The notes: a model not told the origin generated them from the letters alone. A stretch of 64,000 bases of DNA from an uncultured Gemmatimonadales bacterium (GCA_963843115.1 CAWJJB010000007.1:830773-894772), one strand, 5' to 3'; shown: positions 1 through 9,631, counted from the stretch's first letter. Numbers and translations: made by a program.

Positions 1-1706
1 TGAGCCCGGAACAGGCTGCTGGGGAGCGCGAACTGGATGGCCGCACCGACCAGTACGCCATCGCCTGTGTGCTGTACGAGATGCTCACCGGGCATCCCCC
101 GTTCAGCGGAACCGCGCGTCAGATCATGCTCCGCCATGTGGTGGAGCCGCCGCCATCGGTCCGGGTCGTGCGGCCTGACGTTCCCTGGCCGGTGGATGGG
201 GCGCTGCTCCGCGCCATGGCGAAGGAGCCTGCCGAGCGGTACGAATCTGCGGCCGACTGGGCCGATGCGCTCGCCGCCCGGTCGGGCGAAGTGGAGGCGT
301 CCAGTCGTGCCGCCACCCGTCGACGCGCGATCGCCATCCTGCCGTTCGTCAACGCCACCGGTGATCCCGGCAACGAGTACCTCAGTGACGGGATGACCGA
401 CGAGCTGATCAGCGCGCTCGCGAACATCACTGGGCTCCAGGTGGCGTCGCGCACCTCGGTGTTTGCTCTCAAGGGACGCAAGGAAGACGTGCGCAGCCTG
501 GGGGCGCTCCTCGGCGTGGGTACGGTGCTGGAAGGCACCGTTCGGAAATCGGGCGACCGGCTTCGCGTAACGGCCCAGCTGAGTGACGCGGCAGACGGTC
601 GGCTGCTGTGGTCGGAGCGCTTCGATCGAGAGGACCAGGACATCTTTGCGCTCCAGGACGAGCTGGGCGCCACCATCGTTCGGGCGCTCCGCGCGCGCCT
701 GCTCGGCGACCTGGGCGATCCGGTGCCGCACCGGTATACCGACAACCCGCGAGCCTACAACCTGTACTTGCGTGGACGCTTCGCCTGGAACCAGCGGAGC
801 GCCGGCGGTATGCGCCAGGCGATCGAATACTTCGAGCAGGCTATCGCCGAGGATGCCGACTACGCATTGGCGTGGAGCGGCCTGGCCGATGCCTATGCGA
901 TCGGCGTGGACTACCGTAATGGCCCGGTCTCCGAAGGGTTCGCGCGGGCCAAGGAACTGGCCCGGCGCGCCATCGCGCTCGACGACACCCTCGCCGAGGC
1001 GCATACGTCGCTTGCGTGGGTGACCTTCATTCACGACTGGGACTGGTCTTCGGCGGAGTGGGAATTTCGCCGGGCGATCGAGGCCAACCCCAACTATGCC
1101 TCGGCACACCAGTGGTATGCCTGGATGCTGGCCTCGCAGGGCCGGATGGTGGAGGCGCTGCGTGCCGGCGAACGGGCAGCGGATCTTGATCCCGCCTCCG
1201 TGTCGGTTCGCCGTGGGCTGGGCTGGCTCCACCTGTACGCGCGCGACGCGCGCCAGGCCATCGAGCACACACGCCGGGCGCTCGCCATGAATCCCACCTC
1301 GCTGGAGACCATGCTCGTGCTCGCCATGTGCCTGGCGCAGGAGGGGCGCGCCGCACCGGCCGAAGCCACCCTGCGCGACGGGCTCAACATCGTGCCCGAT
1401 GACACCGCCCTCCTGGCGATGCTTGGGCACGTGCACCTCCTGCAGGGGCGCCGGAGCGAGGCGGAGGCAATCCGGGAGCAGTTCATCGCGCTGGGCGGGT
1501 CGCGCTATGTCTCGCCGACCGACCGCGCCAAGCTCGCGCTGCACCTGCAGCGGTGGGACGAGGCATTCGAGTTTGCCGAACGGAGCCGGGCGGAGCGCCG
1601 GGGGTGGATCGTCTACATGCAGGTGGACCCCGTGTGGGATCCGGTGCGGGCTGACCCGCGGTACGACGCGCTGCTCACCACAATGGGATTTCCCCGCAGG
1701 CGCTGA
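1..1706 (+). CDS. Ser/Thr protein kinase, C-terminal portion (5' end outside window), with TolB-N-like module and TPR repeats
   Basis: The frame is open from base 3. SPEQAAGE...DQYAIACVLYEMLTGHPPF matches Hanks kinase subdomains VIII-IX. It is followed by an ILPFVNATGDPGNEYLSDGMTDELI module and TPR-like repeats (AWSGLADAYA, AHTSLAWV, AHQWYAWML). Stop at 1704-1706. Confidence 0.85.
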   Translation, partial: SPEQAAGERELDGRTDQYAIACVLYEMLTGHPPFSGTARQIMLRHVVEPPPSVRVVRPDVPWPVDGALLRAMAKEPAERYESAADWADALAARSGEVEASSRAATRRRAIAILPFVNATGDPGNEYLSDGMTDELISALANITGLQVASRTSVFALKGRKEDVRSLGALLGVGTVLEGTVRKSGDRLRVTAQLSDAADGRLLWSERFDREDQDIFALQDELGATIVRALRARLLGDLGDPVPHRYTDNPRAYNLYLRGRFAWNQRSAGGMRQAIEYFEQAIAEDADYALAWSGLADAYAIGVDYRNGPVSEGFARAKELARRAIALDDTLAEAHTSLAWVTFIHDWDWSSAEWEFRRAIEANPNYASAHQWYAWMLASQGRMVEALRAGERAADLDPASVSVRRGLGWLHLYARDARQAIEHTRRALAMNPTSLETMLVLAMCLAQEGRAAPAEATLRDGLNIVPDDTALLAMLGHVHLLQGRRSEAEAIREQFIALGGSRYVSPTDRAKLALHLQRWDEAFEFAERSRAERRGWIVYMQVDPVWDPVRADPRYDALLTTMGFPRRR

Positions 1707-1710
1707 TCCG

Positions 1711-2124
1711 TCAGGGCTGGTCGAACCCGACTACCACCACGTCCTTTCCCTCCCTACGCAGGATGACGTCCACTGGCCGGCCGGCGTCCCGCTCCACTTC
1801 CAGGGCGATCGGCGTATGCACAAACCCTTGGGCATGGGTGCTGCGGTATTGGTGACCTTTCGGCAAGCACGAAACGATCAACCCGCTCACCTTGGCGGTG
1901 TCGGGGAGCAGCTGGAGTCGGTAGGCACCGGGACACCCATTCGGCCACGTCCGGGCCGGGATGCGCACGGTGATTGAGTCCGTGGCGTTGCGTGACTGGC
2001 CCAGGCGGTTGGCTCCCTCGCGCAGACCGAACGCCACCCGGTCGGCCGCGTTCCCGGTAACCCCCTGGCAACCGATGCACAGGGCCAGTGTGCAGCCCAG
2101 GCCCAGCTTGAAAGCGAGTGGCAT
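1711..2124 (-). CDS. Putative lipoprotein, unknown function
   Basis: 137-aa ORF with high GC3. The N-terminus MPLAFKLGLGCTLALCIGCQG looks like a signal peptide with a lipobox-like IGC. No recognisable domain. Confidence 0.5.
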   Translation of the reverse strand: MPLAFKLGLGCTLALCIGCQGVTGNAADRVAFGLREGANRLGQSRNATDSITVRIPARTWPNGCPGAYRLQLLPDTAKVSGLIVSCLPKGHQYRSTHAQGFVHTPIALEVERDAGRPVDVILRREGKDVVVVGFDQP

Positions 2125-2151
2125 CCCCTAAGCTACACGCCGTGCGTTCTC

Positions 2152-3366
2152 GTGGGTAAATTGGGAGACACCCTCCCGGAGCTGCCGCTGCCCTCGATGA
2201 TCGTTGTCCGTCAGGCGGAGTTGTACGCCCCTGCGCGGCTTGGCCGCCAGGATCTCCTCATCGCCGGCGGGACGATCGTCGCCATGGCGCCGAAGCTTCC
2301 GCCAATGCCGCTGGAGCTGCGGGTCGAGGAAGTCGAGCTCGACGGGCAGCGGGTGATCCCTGGGCTTATCGACGGGCATGTGCACCTGACGGGCGGGGGC
2401 GGAGAGGCGGGGCCGCACACCCGGGTACCACCCCTCAAGGTCGGTGCCCTTACCGCCGGTGGCATCACGACAGCCATCGGCGTTCTTGGTACCGATGACG
2501 CGGTGCGCACCACGGCCGAACTTGTCACCGTCGCGCGCGGGCTGCGGCAGCTGGGGCTCTCTGCCTGGTGCCACACCGGTGGGTATCACGTGCCGCCCAC
2601 GACGATGACGGGCACCGTCCGTGGCGATGTCGCGCTCATCGATGAGATCATCGGGGTAGGCGAGGTGGCGATCAGCGATCACCGCTCGAGCCAGCCCACG
2701 CTTGACGACCTGCTCCGTATCGCATCCGAAGCGCATGTTGGCGGCCTCATGAGCGGGAAGGCAGGGATCATCCACCTGCATGTGGGCGACGGCCAGCGCG
2801 GCCTGGAGCTGGTTCGCCAGGCGCTGGACCAGAGCGAACTGCCACCCAGGGTATTCAACCCGACGCACGTCAATCGCCGGAAGGCGCTTTTTGCCGAGGC
2901 GATGGACCTGGTGGCCCGCGGCCCCAGCATCGATGTCACCGCGTTTCCGGTCGGGGACGATGAGGATGGCTGGACCGCCGAGGATGCGCTGGAGCAGTAC
3001 TGGGACGCCGGGCTGCCGGCCGATCGGGTGACCGTGAGCTCCGACGGCGGGGGTTGCCTGCCGCGGTTCGACGCCGACGGGCGGGTGTCCGGAATGGACG
3101 TCGGGGCGCCCGGCGCGCTGCTGGAAGTGGTGGGAAGGTTGCTGGCGCGCGGACGACCCCTCGAGCAGGTGCTGCCGCCCTTCACCAGCAATGCGGCGAC
3201 CCTCCTGCGCCTCGACGGCAAGGGCAGGCTCGCGGTCGGTGCCGACGCGGACCTGGTGGTACTGAGCCCCGAGAACACGGCACGGCACGTGATGGCGCGC
3301 GGGCGATGGCATCGTTTCGATGGCGAGGCCCGCATTCAGGGACCCTTTGAGAAAGAGGATTCGTGA
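2152..3366 (+). CDS. iadA: Isoaspartyl (beta-aspartyl) dipeptidase, IadA family; CphZ-like by context
   Basis: IDGHVHLTGGGGEAG and later amidohydrolase metal-ligand motifs typical of IadA. GTG at 2152; ATG at 2197 (MIVVRQAELYAP) is an equally plausible start. The stop overlaps the next start (GTGA at 3363-3366). Confidence 0.85.
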   Translation: MGKLGDTLPELPLPSMIVVRQAELYAPARLGRQDLLIAGGTIVAMAPKLPPMPLELRVEEVELDGQRVIPGLIDGHVHLTGGGGEAGPHTRVPPLKVGALTAGGITTAIGVLGTDDAVRTTAELVTVARGLRQLGLSAWCHTGGYHVPPTTMTGTVRGDVALIDEIIGVGEVAISDHRSSQPTLDDLLRIASEAHVGGLMSGKAGIIHLHVGDGQRGLELVRQALDQSELPPRVFNPTHVNRRKALFAEAMDLVARGPSIDVTAFPVGDDEDGWTAEDALEQYWDAGLPADRVTVSSDGGGCLPRFDADGRVSGMDVGAPGALLEVVGRLLARGRPLEQVLPPFTSNAATLLRLDGKGRLAVGADADLVVLSPENTARHVMARGRWHRFDGEARIQGPFEKEDS

Positions 3367-4205
3367 GCCCGGCAAAGTCAGGGGAGGGCGACGTGCGCGG
3401 CTACATCATTCCTGTTGGCGGGGCTGAGGCAAAGATCGGCAGCCCGCTCATCCTGAAGCGGTTCGTTCGCCTCTGTGGCGGTCGCGACGCGCGGATCGTC
3501 GTGCTGCCGACGGCATCGAGCCTCGCCGACACTGGCGAGCGCTATGAGGCGCTGTTCCGTGAGCTGGGTGCCAAGCGGGTGGATGTCGTCGACTTCGAGA
3601 CACGGAGCGATTGCGAAGATGCCGCACGGCTGGCCACGCTGGAGAACGCGCGGGGAATATTCCTGACCGGCGGCAACCAGTTGCGCTTGGCCACCACCCT
3701 CGGTGGCACCTCGGTGGCGAGGGCCCTGCGACGCCTCAACGCGGCGGGAGTGCACGTAGCAGGTACCTCGGCTGGCGCCGCATTCCTCTCCGAGCACATG
3801 ATTGCGAGTGGCGAGGAGGGCAGTACCCCCCATTCGGGCGATGTCACCCTCTCGCCAGGCCTGGGTCTTACCAACCGCGTCATTATCGACCAACATTTCC
3901 GGCAACGTGATCGCCTGGGGCGCCTCCTGACGGCCCTCGCCTTCAACCCCTTTGCGATCGGCCTCGGGCTGGACGAGGATACCGCGGCGTTCATCGGGCC
4001 GGACGACACGCTCGAGGTGGTGGGCAGCAGCGCCATCACGGTCATCGACCCCGCCGACGTGGAGTATTCGTCCATGGACCAGGCAGAGAAGGGCGACCCG
4101 ATCTGCCTGATCGGGGTGCGGCTCCACGTGCTGGTGCGCGGTGCCGGCTACGATCTTCACCGACGAAAGGCCCACGCCCCCCCGGCCGCTACCGGACGGG
4201 GCTGA
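3363..4205 (+). CDS. cphB: Cyanophycinase (peptidase S51), no signal peptide, so probably intracellular CphB type
   Basis: IIPVGGAE..., VVLPTAS, FLTGGNQLRL and the GTSAGAA nucleophile-serine motif are characteristic of cyanophycinase. It sits next to cphA. Confidence 0.9.
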   Translation: MSPAKSGEGDVRGYIIPVGGAEAKIGSPLILKRFVRLCGGRDARIVVLPTASSLADTGERYEALFRELGAKRVDVVDFETRSDCEDAARLATLENARGIFLTGGNQLRLATTLGGTSVARALRRLNAAGVHVAGTSAGAAFLSEHMIASGEEGSTPHSGDVTLSPGLGLTNRVIIDQHFRQRDRLGRLLTALAFNPFAIGLGLDEDTAAFIGPDDTLEVVGSSAITVIDPADVEYSSMDQAEKGDPICLIGVRLHVLVRGAGYDLHRRKAHAPPAATGRG

Positions 4206-4220
4206 GCCAAGGACCTGCCA

Positions 4221-7067
4221 ATGCGAATCCTCGAGCGCTCGGTCTATGTGGGGCCGAGCGTGTATGCACTGTTCCCCGTCATCCGCCTGGAAGTCGATCT
4301 CGGCGCCCTGGAGGCCTGGCCCTCAACCCGCCTCGGGCCCGCCTTCATCGATGGCCTGCTGGACCTGCTGCCGGGCCTGCGGGAGCACGGCTGCTCGTAC
4401 GGTGAACCGGGGGGATTCGTCCGGCGGCTCACCGAGGACGAGGGCACGTGGATGGGCCACATCCTCGAGCATGTTGCGATCGAGTTGCAGGCGCTGGCTG
4501 GCCACCAGGTGTCATTCGGGAAGACGCGGGGCGCAGACAAGCCCGGTCTATACCACGTGGTGTTCGAGTATGAGCAGCAGACGGTGGGGCTGGAGGCCGC
4601 GGCCTTCGCGATGCGGCTGCTCCGGAGCCTGCTGCCACCCGACCTGGCGGCCGACATGCGGGTCGAGTCGGCGGACGAGCCGTTCAATTTTGCGGAAGAG
4701 CGCGACAGCTTCATCCGCTTTGCCCAGCGGCGCAATCTCGGCCCCAGCACCATGTCCCTGGTACGTGCGGCAGAGGAGCGCGGCATTCCCTGGATCCGGC
4801 TCAACGACCAGAGCCTGATCCAGTTCGGGCACGGCCGGTACCAGCAGCGCATCCAGGCCACGGTGACCAGCCGTACGTCGAACATTGCCGTCGAGCTGGC
4901 CTCCGACAAGGAAGAAACCAACAAGATCCTTGGCAACCTCGGGCTGCCGGTGCCGCAGCAGCGCCTCGTCCAGCGCGAGACGGACGCCATCTCGGCGGCC
5001 TCCCGCATCGGCTACCCGGTCGTGGTGAAGCCGTACAACGGCAACCATGGACGCGGCGTCTCCATCAACCTCACTGATGCCGGCCAGGTGGCCGCCGCGT
5101 TCCAGGCCGCGCAGCAGGTCAGTCGCAGCGTCATCATCGAGAAGTTCATCGTGGGACACGACCACCGGATGCTGGTGGTGAACGGACAGCTCACCGCGGT
5201 ATCGAAGCGGCTGCCGGGTCACGTGGTGGGCGATGGCAAGCAGACCATCGCTGAGCTGGTGGACGAAGTGAACCGTGACCCGCGTCGTGGCATCGGACAC
5301 GAAAAGGTCCTGACCCGCATCGACTTCGACTACCAGGCCGAACGGCTGCTCGAGGAACACGGGTTCACGCGCGAGTCCGTGCCTCCAGAGGGCGAGGTGG
5401 TCTACCTCCGCACGACGGCCAACCTGTCCACCGGCGGCACGGCAGAAGACGTGACCGACATTGTGCACCCCGACAACGTGGAGATGGCCGTGCGTGCCAT
5501 CAGCGCAATCGGGCTCGACGTCGGTGGCGTGGACTTCCTGAGTCCGGACATCTCCGAGAGCTACAAGGACGTGGGCGGCGCTATCTGCGAGGTGAACGCG
5601 GCGCCAGGGTTCCGCATGCACATGGCCCCGTCCAGCGGCCGTCCACGAGATGTCGCGGGACCGGTGCTCGACATGCTCTTCGCGCCCGGCAGCCCCAGCC
5701 GGATCCCCATCGCGGCACTCACCGGCACCAACGGCAAGACCACCACGGCGCGCATGCTGGCGCACATCATGAAGCTGGCCGGGAACCATGTGGGGTTGAC
5801 GACCACCGATGGCGTGTACGTCGATGGCCAGCGCACCGTCGAGGGTGACATGACGGGGCCGGTGGCGACCCGCATGGTGCTGAGCGATCCCTTCGTGGAT
5901 GTCGCGGTGCTCGAGATCGCGCGGGGCGGCCTGCTCCGTGCGGGCATGGGGGTGCGGCATTGCGACGTCGGCGCCGTGCTCAACGTCAAGTCGGACCACC
6001 TCGGGCTCAAGGGCATCGACACACTGGAGGAACTCGCCCGGGTGAAACGGATCATCGTGGAGACAGCGCGTGACACGGCGGTGCTCAATGCCGACGATCC
6101 GCTCTGCCTCAAGATGGCCGGCTACACCGACGCCAAGCACCTCTGCTACGTGACCATGAACCCGGCGCACCCGCTGGTGCGGGAGCACATTTCGGCCGGC
6201 GGACGCGGCGTGGTGCTGGAAACAGCGATGAAGGGCCAGATGATCACCATCTACGATCATGGCGCCCATATCCCGTTGCTCTGGACACACCTCATCCCGG
6301 CGACACTCGAGGGGCGGGCAGTGCACAACGTCCAGAACGCGATGTTTGCCGCGGCGATGGCGTTTTCCATGGGGGAGAAGCTGGAGAACATCCGGCATGG
6401 CCTCCGCACGTTCGACACCTCTTTCTTCCAGGCCCCGGGCCGGATGAATGTGTTCAACGAGCACCCCTTCCGGGTGATCCTTGATTACGGGCACAACGCG
6501 CATGCCGTGGAGATGCTGACCGAGCTGGCCCAGCGACTCGAGGTCAAGGGGCGCCGGATCGTGGTGCTGGCCGCTCCCGGCGACCGGCGCGACGTCGACA
6601 TCATGGAGATCGGCCACGCCGCGGCGGGTCGCTTCGATCGCTACATCTGCCGCCGAGACGACAACCTGCGGGGTCGCGACGGCGACGAAGTGCCCGGACT
6701 GCTGCGCAAGGGCCTGCTGGAGCGCGGCGTTCCGGAAGCAAGCATTGCGGTCATTCCCGACGAGGTGGAGGCTGTCGACCAGGCGTTGCAGGAAGCGCGC
6801 GAGGGCGACCTCGTCCTCATCTTTGCCGATGCACTCACCCGCACCTGGAAGCAGATCCTGCACTTCGTACCGGAAGTGGAGGGCGCGGGCCCGAGAGTCT
6901 CGGCGGCAAGAGCCACACCGGCGGGTACGCGAGCCAGCAATGGAGCATCGCCTGCCGTGGCGGACATGTCACCGTCCGCCCCGGCATTCGAGGCCCCGGC
7001 CTTCGACGGCGACTTGCTCGTGCGCGACGAGCGCGGGGTGCGGCTCGCGCGCGAGTCGGATGATTGA
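4221..7067 (+). CDS. cphA: Cyanophycin synthetase CphA1 (N domain + ATP-grasp G domain + Mur-ligase-like M domain)
   Basis: N-terminus MRILERSVYVGPSVYA, ATP-grasp region (GYPVVVKPYNGNHGRGV, EVNAAPGF), Mur-ligase P-loop LTGTNGKTTT near residue 500, and DYGHNAHA. 948 aa, with an Ala/Pro/Ser-rich C-terminal tail. Confidence 0.95.
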   Translation: MRILERSVYVGPSVYALFPVIRLEVDLGALEAWPSTRLGPAFIDGLLDLLPGLREHGCSYGEPGGFVRRLTEDEGTWMGHILEHVAIELQALAGHQVSFGKTRGADKPGLYHVVFEYEQQTVGLEAAAFAMRLLRSLLPPDLAADMRVESADEPFNFAEERDSFIRFAQRRNLGPSTMSLVRAAEERGIPWIRLNDQSLIQFGHGRYQQRIQATVTSRTSNIAVELASDKEETNKILGNLGLPVPQQRLVQRETDAISAASRIGYPVVVKPYNGNHGRGVSINLTDAGQVAAAFQAAQQVSRSVIIEKFIVGHDHRMLVVNGQLTAVSKRLPGHVVGDGKQTIAELVDEVNRDPRRGIGHEKVLTRIDFDYQAERLLEEHGFTRESVPPEGEVVYLRTTANLSTGGTAEDVTDIVHPDNVEMAVRAISAIGLDVGGVDFLSPDISESYKDVGGAICEVNAAPGFRMHMAPSSGRPRDVAGPVLDMLFAPGSPSRIPIAALTGTNGKTTTARMLAHIMKLAGNHVGLTTTDGVYVDGQRTVEGDMTGPVATRMVLSDPFVDVAVLEIARGGLLRAGMGVRHCDVGAVLNVKSDHLGLKGIDTLEELARVKRIIVETARDTAVLNADDPLCLKMAGYTDAKHLCYVTMNPAHPLVREHISAGGRGVVLETAMKGQMITIYDHGAHIPLLWTHLIPATLEGRAVHNVQNAMFAAAMAFSMGEKLENIRHGLRTFDTSFFQAPGRMNVFNEHPFRVILDYGHNAHAVEMLTELAQRLEVKGRRIVVLAAPGDRRDVDIMEIGHAAAGRFDRYICRRDDNLRGRDGDEVPGLLRKGLLERGVPEASIAVIPDEVEAVDQALQEAREGDLVLIFADALTRTWKQILHFVPEVEGAGPRVSAARATPAGTRASNGASPAVADMSPSAPAFEAPAFDGDLLVRDERGVRLARESDD

Positions 7068-8781
7068 GCCGCTCGATTCGCGCCGGCTGCTGGGACCGAG
7101 CCGGCTGATGGACAGGGCAGGAGCCGTACTCGAGGTCGAGTTCGGGAGCCTGCCACCGGAACGGCTGATCGAATTCTGGCGCGAGAGCCTTCAGTCGCTG
7201 CTCGCCGACCTGTGCTGGTCGCCCGCCACGCCGCACCTTCTGCGGCGCCCAGGCGGCGCCAGCCTGGCCTTCGAGGCACCGATCGACCTTCTCCTCAACG
7301 CCACTGAGATCAACGAATGGGCCTGGGCGCGCGCCGTGGAGCTCGCGGGCGGCCCGGCCGCGGAACCGCGCGACACCGCGCGCACGCGGATCAGCCAGCT
7401 CGCCAGTGCGGAGCGAAAGCCGCGCCTCATTGCGCTCCAGCAGGCAGCGCACGCGCATGGGGTCTCTCTGTACGGCGACGACGAGTCGGTGACGATCGGC
7501 ATGGGTGCGGGATCGCAGACCTTCGCGCTCGACGCGTTGCCCGAGGCGGGTGCAGTCGAGTGGAACGCAGTGTCCGACGTGCCGCTGGCGCTGGTCACGG
7601 GGTCGAACGGCAAGACGACGACGGTGCGGCTGCTCGCCGCGATGCTGCGCGCCAAGGGAGCGCACCCGGGGTGGAGCAGCACCGACGGCGTGCAGATCGC
7701 AGGGGACCGGATCGCCGAGGGAGACTACGCCGGTCCTGAGGGCGCCAGGCTGGTTCTCCGGGATCGGCGGATCGATGCCGCGGTGCTGGAGACGGCAAGA
7801 GGCGGGATCCTGCGTCGCGGACTGGCGGTGACGCATGCCGACGTCGCGGTGGTCACCAACCTCGCGGCAGATCACTTCGGCGAATACGGCATCACCGACC
7901 TCAGCGGACTTGCCAAGACGAAGCTGGTGGTGGCGAAGGTGATCGACAGCGAAGGGCGCCTGGTACTCAATGCGGATGACGCGGTGCTGCGGCCGGCCGC
8001 CCAGGCGCTCCCGCGTCAGGTGCCGATGGCGTGGTTCGGCCTCGACGCAGCGGCGGTGTCCGATGCAGCGCGGACGTCAGGGCACGAGTCGGCGACGGTG
8101 AGCGACGGTCGGTTCGTGCTGCAGCGGGGCGGAGAGCGCCTCGACTTGCTCGGTGTCGACGAGGCGCCGGTGACGCTCGGCGGCACGGCGGCGCACAACG
8201 TGGCCAACGCGCTGGCCGCGGCGCTGGCGGCGTGGATCCTGGGATGCGCGCCGGACGCGATCGGCTCGGTGCTCGCGACGTTCGGCCAGCGCAACAGCGA
8301 CAACCCGGGTCGGGCAAGCCTGTTCGACGTGAACGGTGTGCGCGTGCTGCTCGATTATGCACACAACCCGCACGGCATGCAGGCGCTGTCCGCGATCGCG
8401 CGAGCACAGCCCGGTGGCCGACGCGGACTGGTGGTGGGGCAGGCAGGCAATCGCGACGAGGAGTCGATTCGCGGGCTGGCGCGGAGTGCCTGGCCAATCG
8501 GCCTCGATCATGTAGTGGTCAAGGAGATGGAGGCGTATCGTCGCGGCCGGCCGATCGGCGAGATTCCCGGCATCCTGGCCGACGAGTTCCGGCGGCTCGG
8601 CCTGCCGGAGGATGCGATCACGCATGCCGAGAGCGAAGTGGACGCGGTGAGGAAGGCGCTCGACTGGGCGCGCCCCGGTGACCTGCTGGTGCTGACGGTA
8701 CACAGCAACCGGGCCGAGGTGCTCGAGCTCCTGGCGGCACGCGGTGCCAGGGAGCCTGGGGGGGTGGGGACTACCGCTTAG
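7060..8781 (+). CDS. Cyanophycin synthetase paralog lacking the ATP-grasp domain (CphA-prime: N-like domain + Mur-ligase M domain)
   Basis: ATG at 7060 (MIEPLDSRRLLGPS, similar to the CphA1 N-terminus) overlaps the cphA1 stop by 8 nt. Mur-ligase motifs are present: VTGSNGKTTT near residue 180, NLAADHFGEYG, GGTAAHNVANALAA and DYAHNPHG. About 320 aa of G domain are missing compared with CphA1. Confidence 0.8.
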   Translation: MIEPLDSRRLLGPSRLMDRAGAVLEVEFGSLPPERLIEFWRESLQSLLADLCWSPATPHLLRRPGGASLAFEAPIDLLLNATEINEWAWARAVELAGGPAAEPRDTARTRISQLASAERKPRLIALQQAAHAHGVSLYGDDESVTIGMGAGSQTFALDALPEAGAVEWNAVSDVPLALVTGSNGKTTTVRLLAAMLRAKGAHPGWSSTDGVQIAGDRIAEGDYAGPEGARLVLRDRRIDAAVLETARGGILRRGLAVTHADVAVVTNLAADHFGEYGITDLSGLAKTKLVVAKVIDSEGRLVLNADDAVLRPAAQALPRQVPMAWFGLDAAAVSDAARTSGHESATVSDGRFVLQRGGERLDLLGVDEAPVTLGGTAAHNVANALAAALAAWILGCAPDAIGSVLATFGQRNSDNPGRASLFDVNGVRVLLDYAHNPHGMQALSAIARAQPGGRRGLVVGQAGNRDEESIRGLARSAWPIGLDHVVVKEMEAYRRGRPIGEIPGILADEFRRLGLPEDAITHAESEVDAVRKALDWARPGDLLVLTVHSNRAEVLELLAARGAREPGGVGTTA

Positions 8782-8927
8782 ACTGGGCCTCGATTACTTT
8801 CCTTGCCAAGCGACATAGCCCTTCGGGGCCCCGGGGCAGGCCGGGTGATTAATCTGCCAGAACCATCGTCCCGGTCGGTGCCCAGAGCACTACCGGGCGT
8901 TGTGTTTTTGGGGTGGAGGTGCGCAGG

Positions 8928-9332
8928 ATGAGGGTGCTGCTCTACGACGGGCTCTGCGGCTTCTGCAACGGCACGGTTCAGTTCATCCTGCGCCATGATC
9001 CTGGCGGGTCGCTGCACTTCGCGCCGCTGCAAGGGAAGTTCGGCCGGGCGACGCTGAATCATTATCCGCGGCTGCTGGCGGTGGACTCGCTCGTGCTTGT
9101 GGACGACAACCTGCCGGTACAGACCCCGCCAGTAGTCAAGTCGGAGGCAGCACTCGAGATCGCTGTATACCTGGGGTGGCCGTGGAAGGCGCTTGGTCTC
9201 TTCCGGGTGCTGCCGCGATCGATTCGCGATGCGGCGTACGACCTCTTCGCTCGTCACCGCTATCGGCTCTTCGGGCGCTACTCGTCCTGTCCGCTTCCCG
9301 ATGCCAGCGTCCGCGCCCGCTTCCTTGATTGA
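8928..9332 (+). CDS. DCC1-like thiol-disulfide oxidoreductase (DUF393 family)
   Basis: LLYDGLCGFCNG carries the CxxC motif typical of DUF393/DCC. ATG at 8928 is preceded by GGAGG (8915-8919). The ORF could also begin at GTG 8913. Confidence 0.75.
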   Translation: MRVLLYDGLCGFCNGTVQFILRHDPGGSLHFAPLQGKFGRATLNHYPRLLAVDSLVLVDDNLPVQTPPVVKSEAALEIAVYLGWPWKALGLFRVLPRSIRDAAYDLFARHRYRLFGRYSSCPLPDASVRARFLD

Positions 9333-9341
9333 GCCGGCCTG

Positions 9342-9572
9342 CTACGCCAGGTCGGCCACGGAGCAGTCGCGTTCCCGCCCATCAATGATCCGCCGTCCGA
9401 GCTCGCAACACCCGTTCACCGCGGCATCCTCCGTGGCATAGGTGATGGGGCGACTGAATGCTCGCAGCACCTCGCGCCGGCTGATCAACAGGTCGAGCGT
9501 CCAGCGTCCGGTGCCGCGGACCTGGTATGTGCGGGCCGTGATGGCGAAGCCCTTGTATGCGAATGGTTGCAT
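9342..9572 (-). CDS. Small hypothetical protein (76 aa)
   Basis: ATG at 9572 is preceded by GGAGGA on the minus strand. MQPFAYKGFAITARTYQVRGTGRWTLDLLI... has coding-like GC3. The upstream part of the 304-aa track ORF is non-coding-like. Confidence 0.5.
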   Translation of the reverse strand: MQPFAYKGFAITARTYQVRGTGRWTLDLLISRREVLRAFSRPITYATEDAAVNGCCELGRRIIDGRERDCSVADLA

Positions 9573-9631
9573 TGGATCCTCCGGCGTGGTTGCCCCCGCA
9601 GTATAGCGCGTTCGGCGCCGGCATGCGGCCG

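Noticed and set aside
4548-6863. 771-aa ORF antisense to cphA1
   Set aside because: This is a shadow ORF typical of high-GC DNA. The translation is Arg/His/Gly/Ala-rich with no motif, while the opposite strand has unmistakable CphA motifs along its whole length.
6745-7059. Upstream extension of the CphA-prime ORF (track ORF starts at 6745; in-frame ATG near 6940)
   Set aside because: The extension overlaps the cphA1 3' end in another frame and translates to Arg/Pro/Cys-rich sequence. Similarity to the CphA N-terminus begins exactly at ATG 7060.
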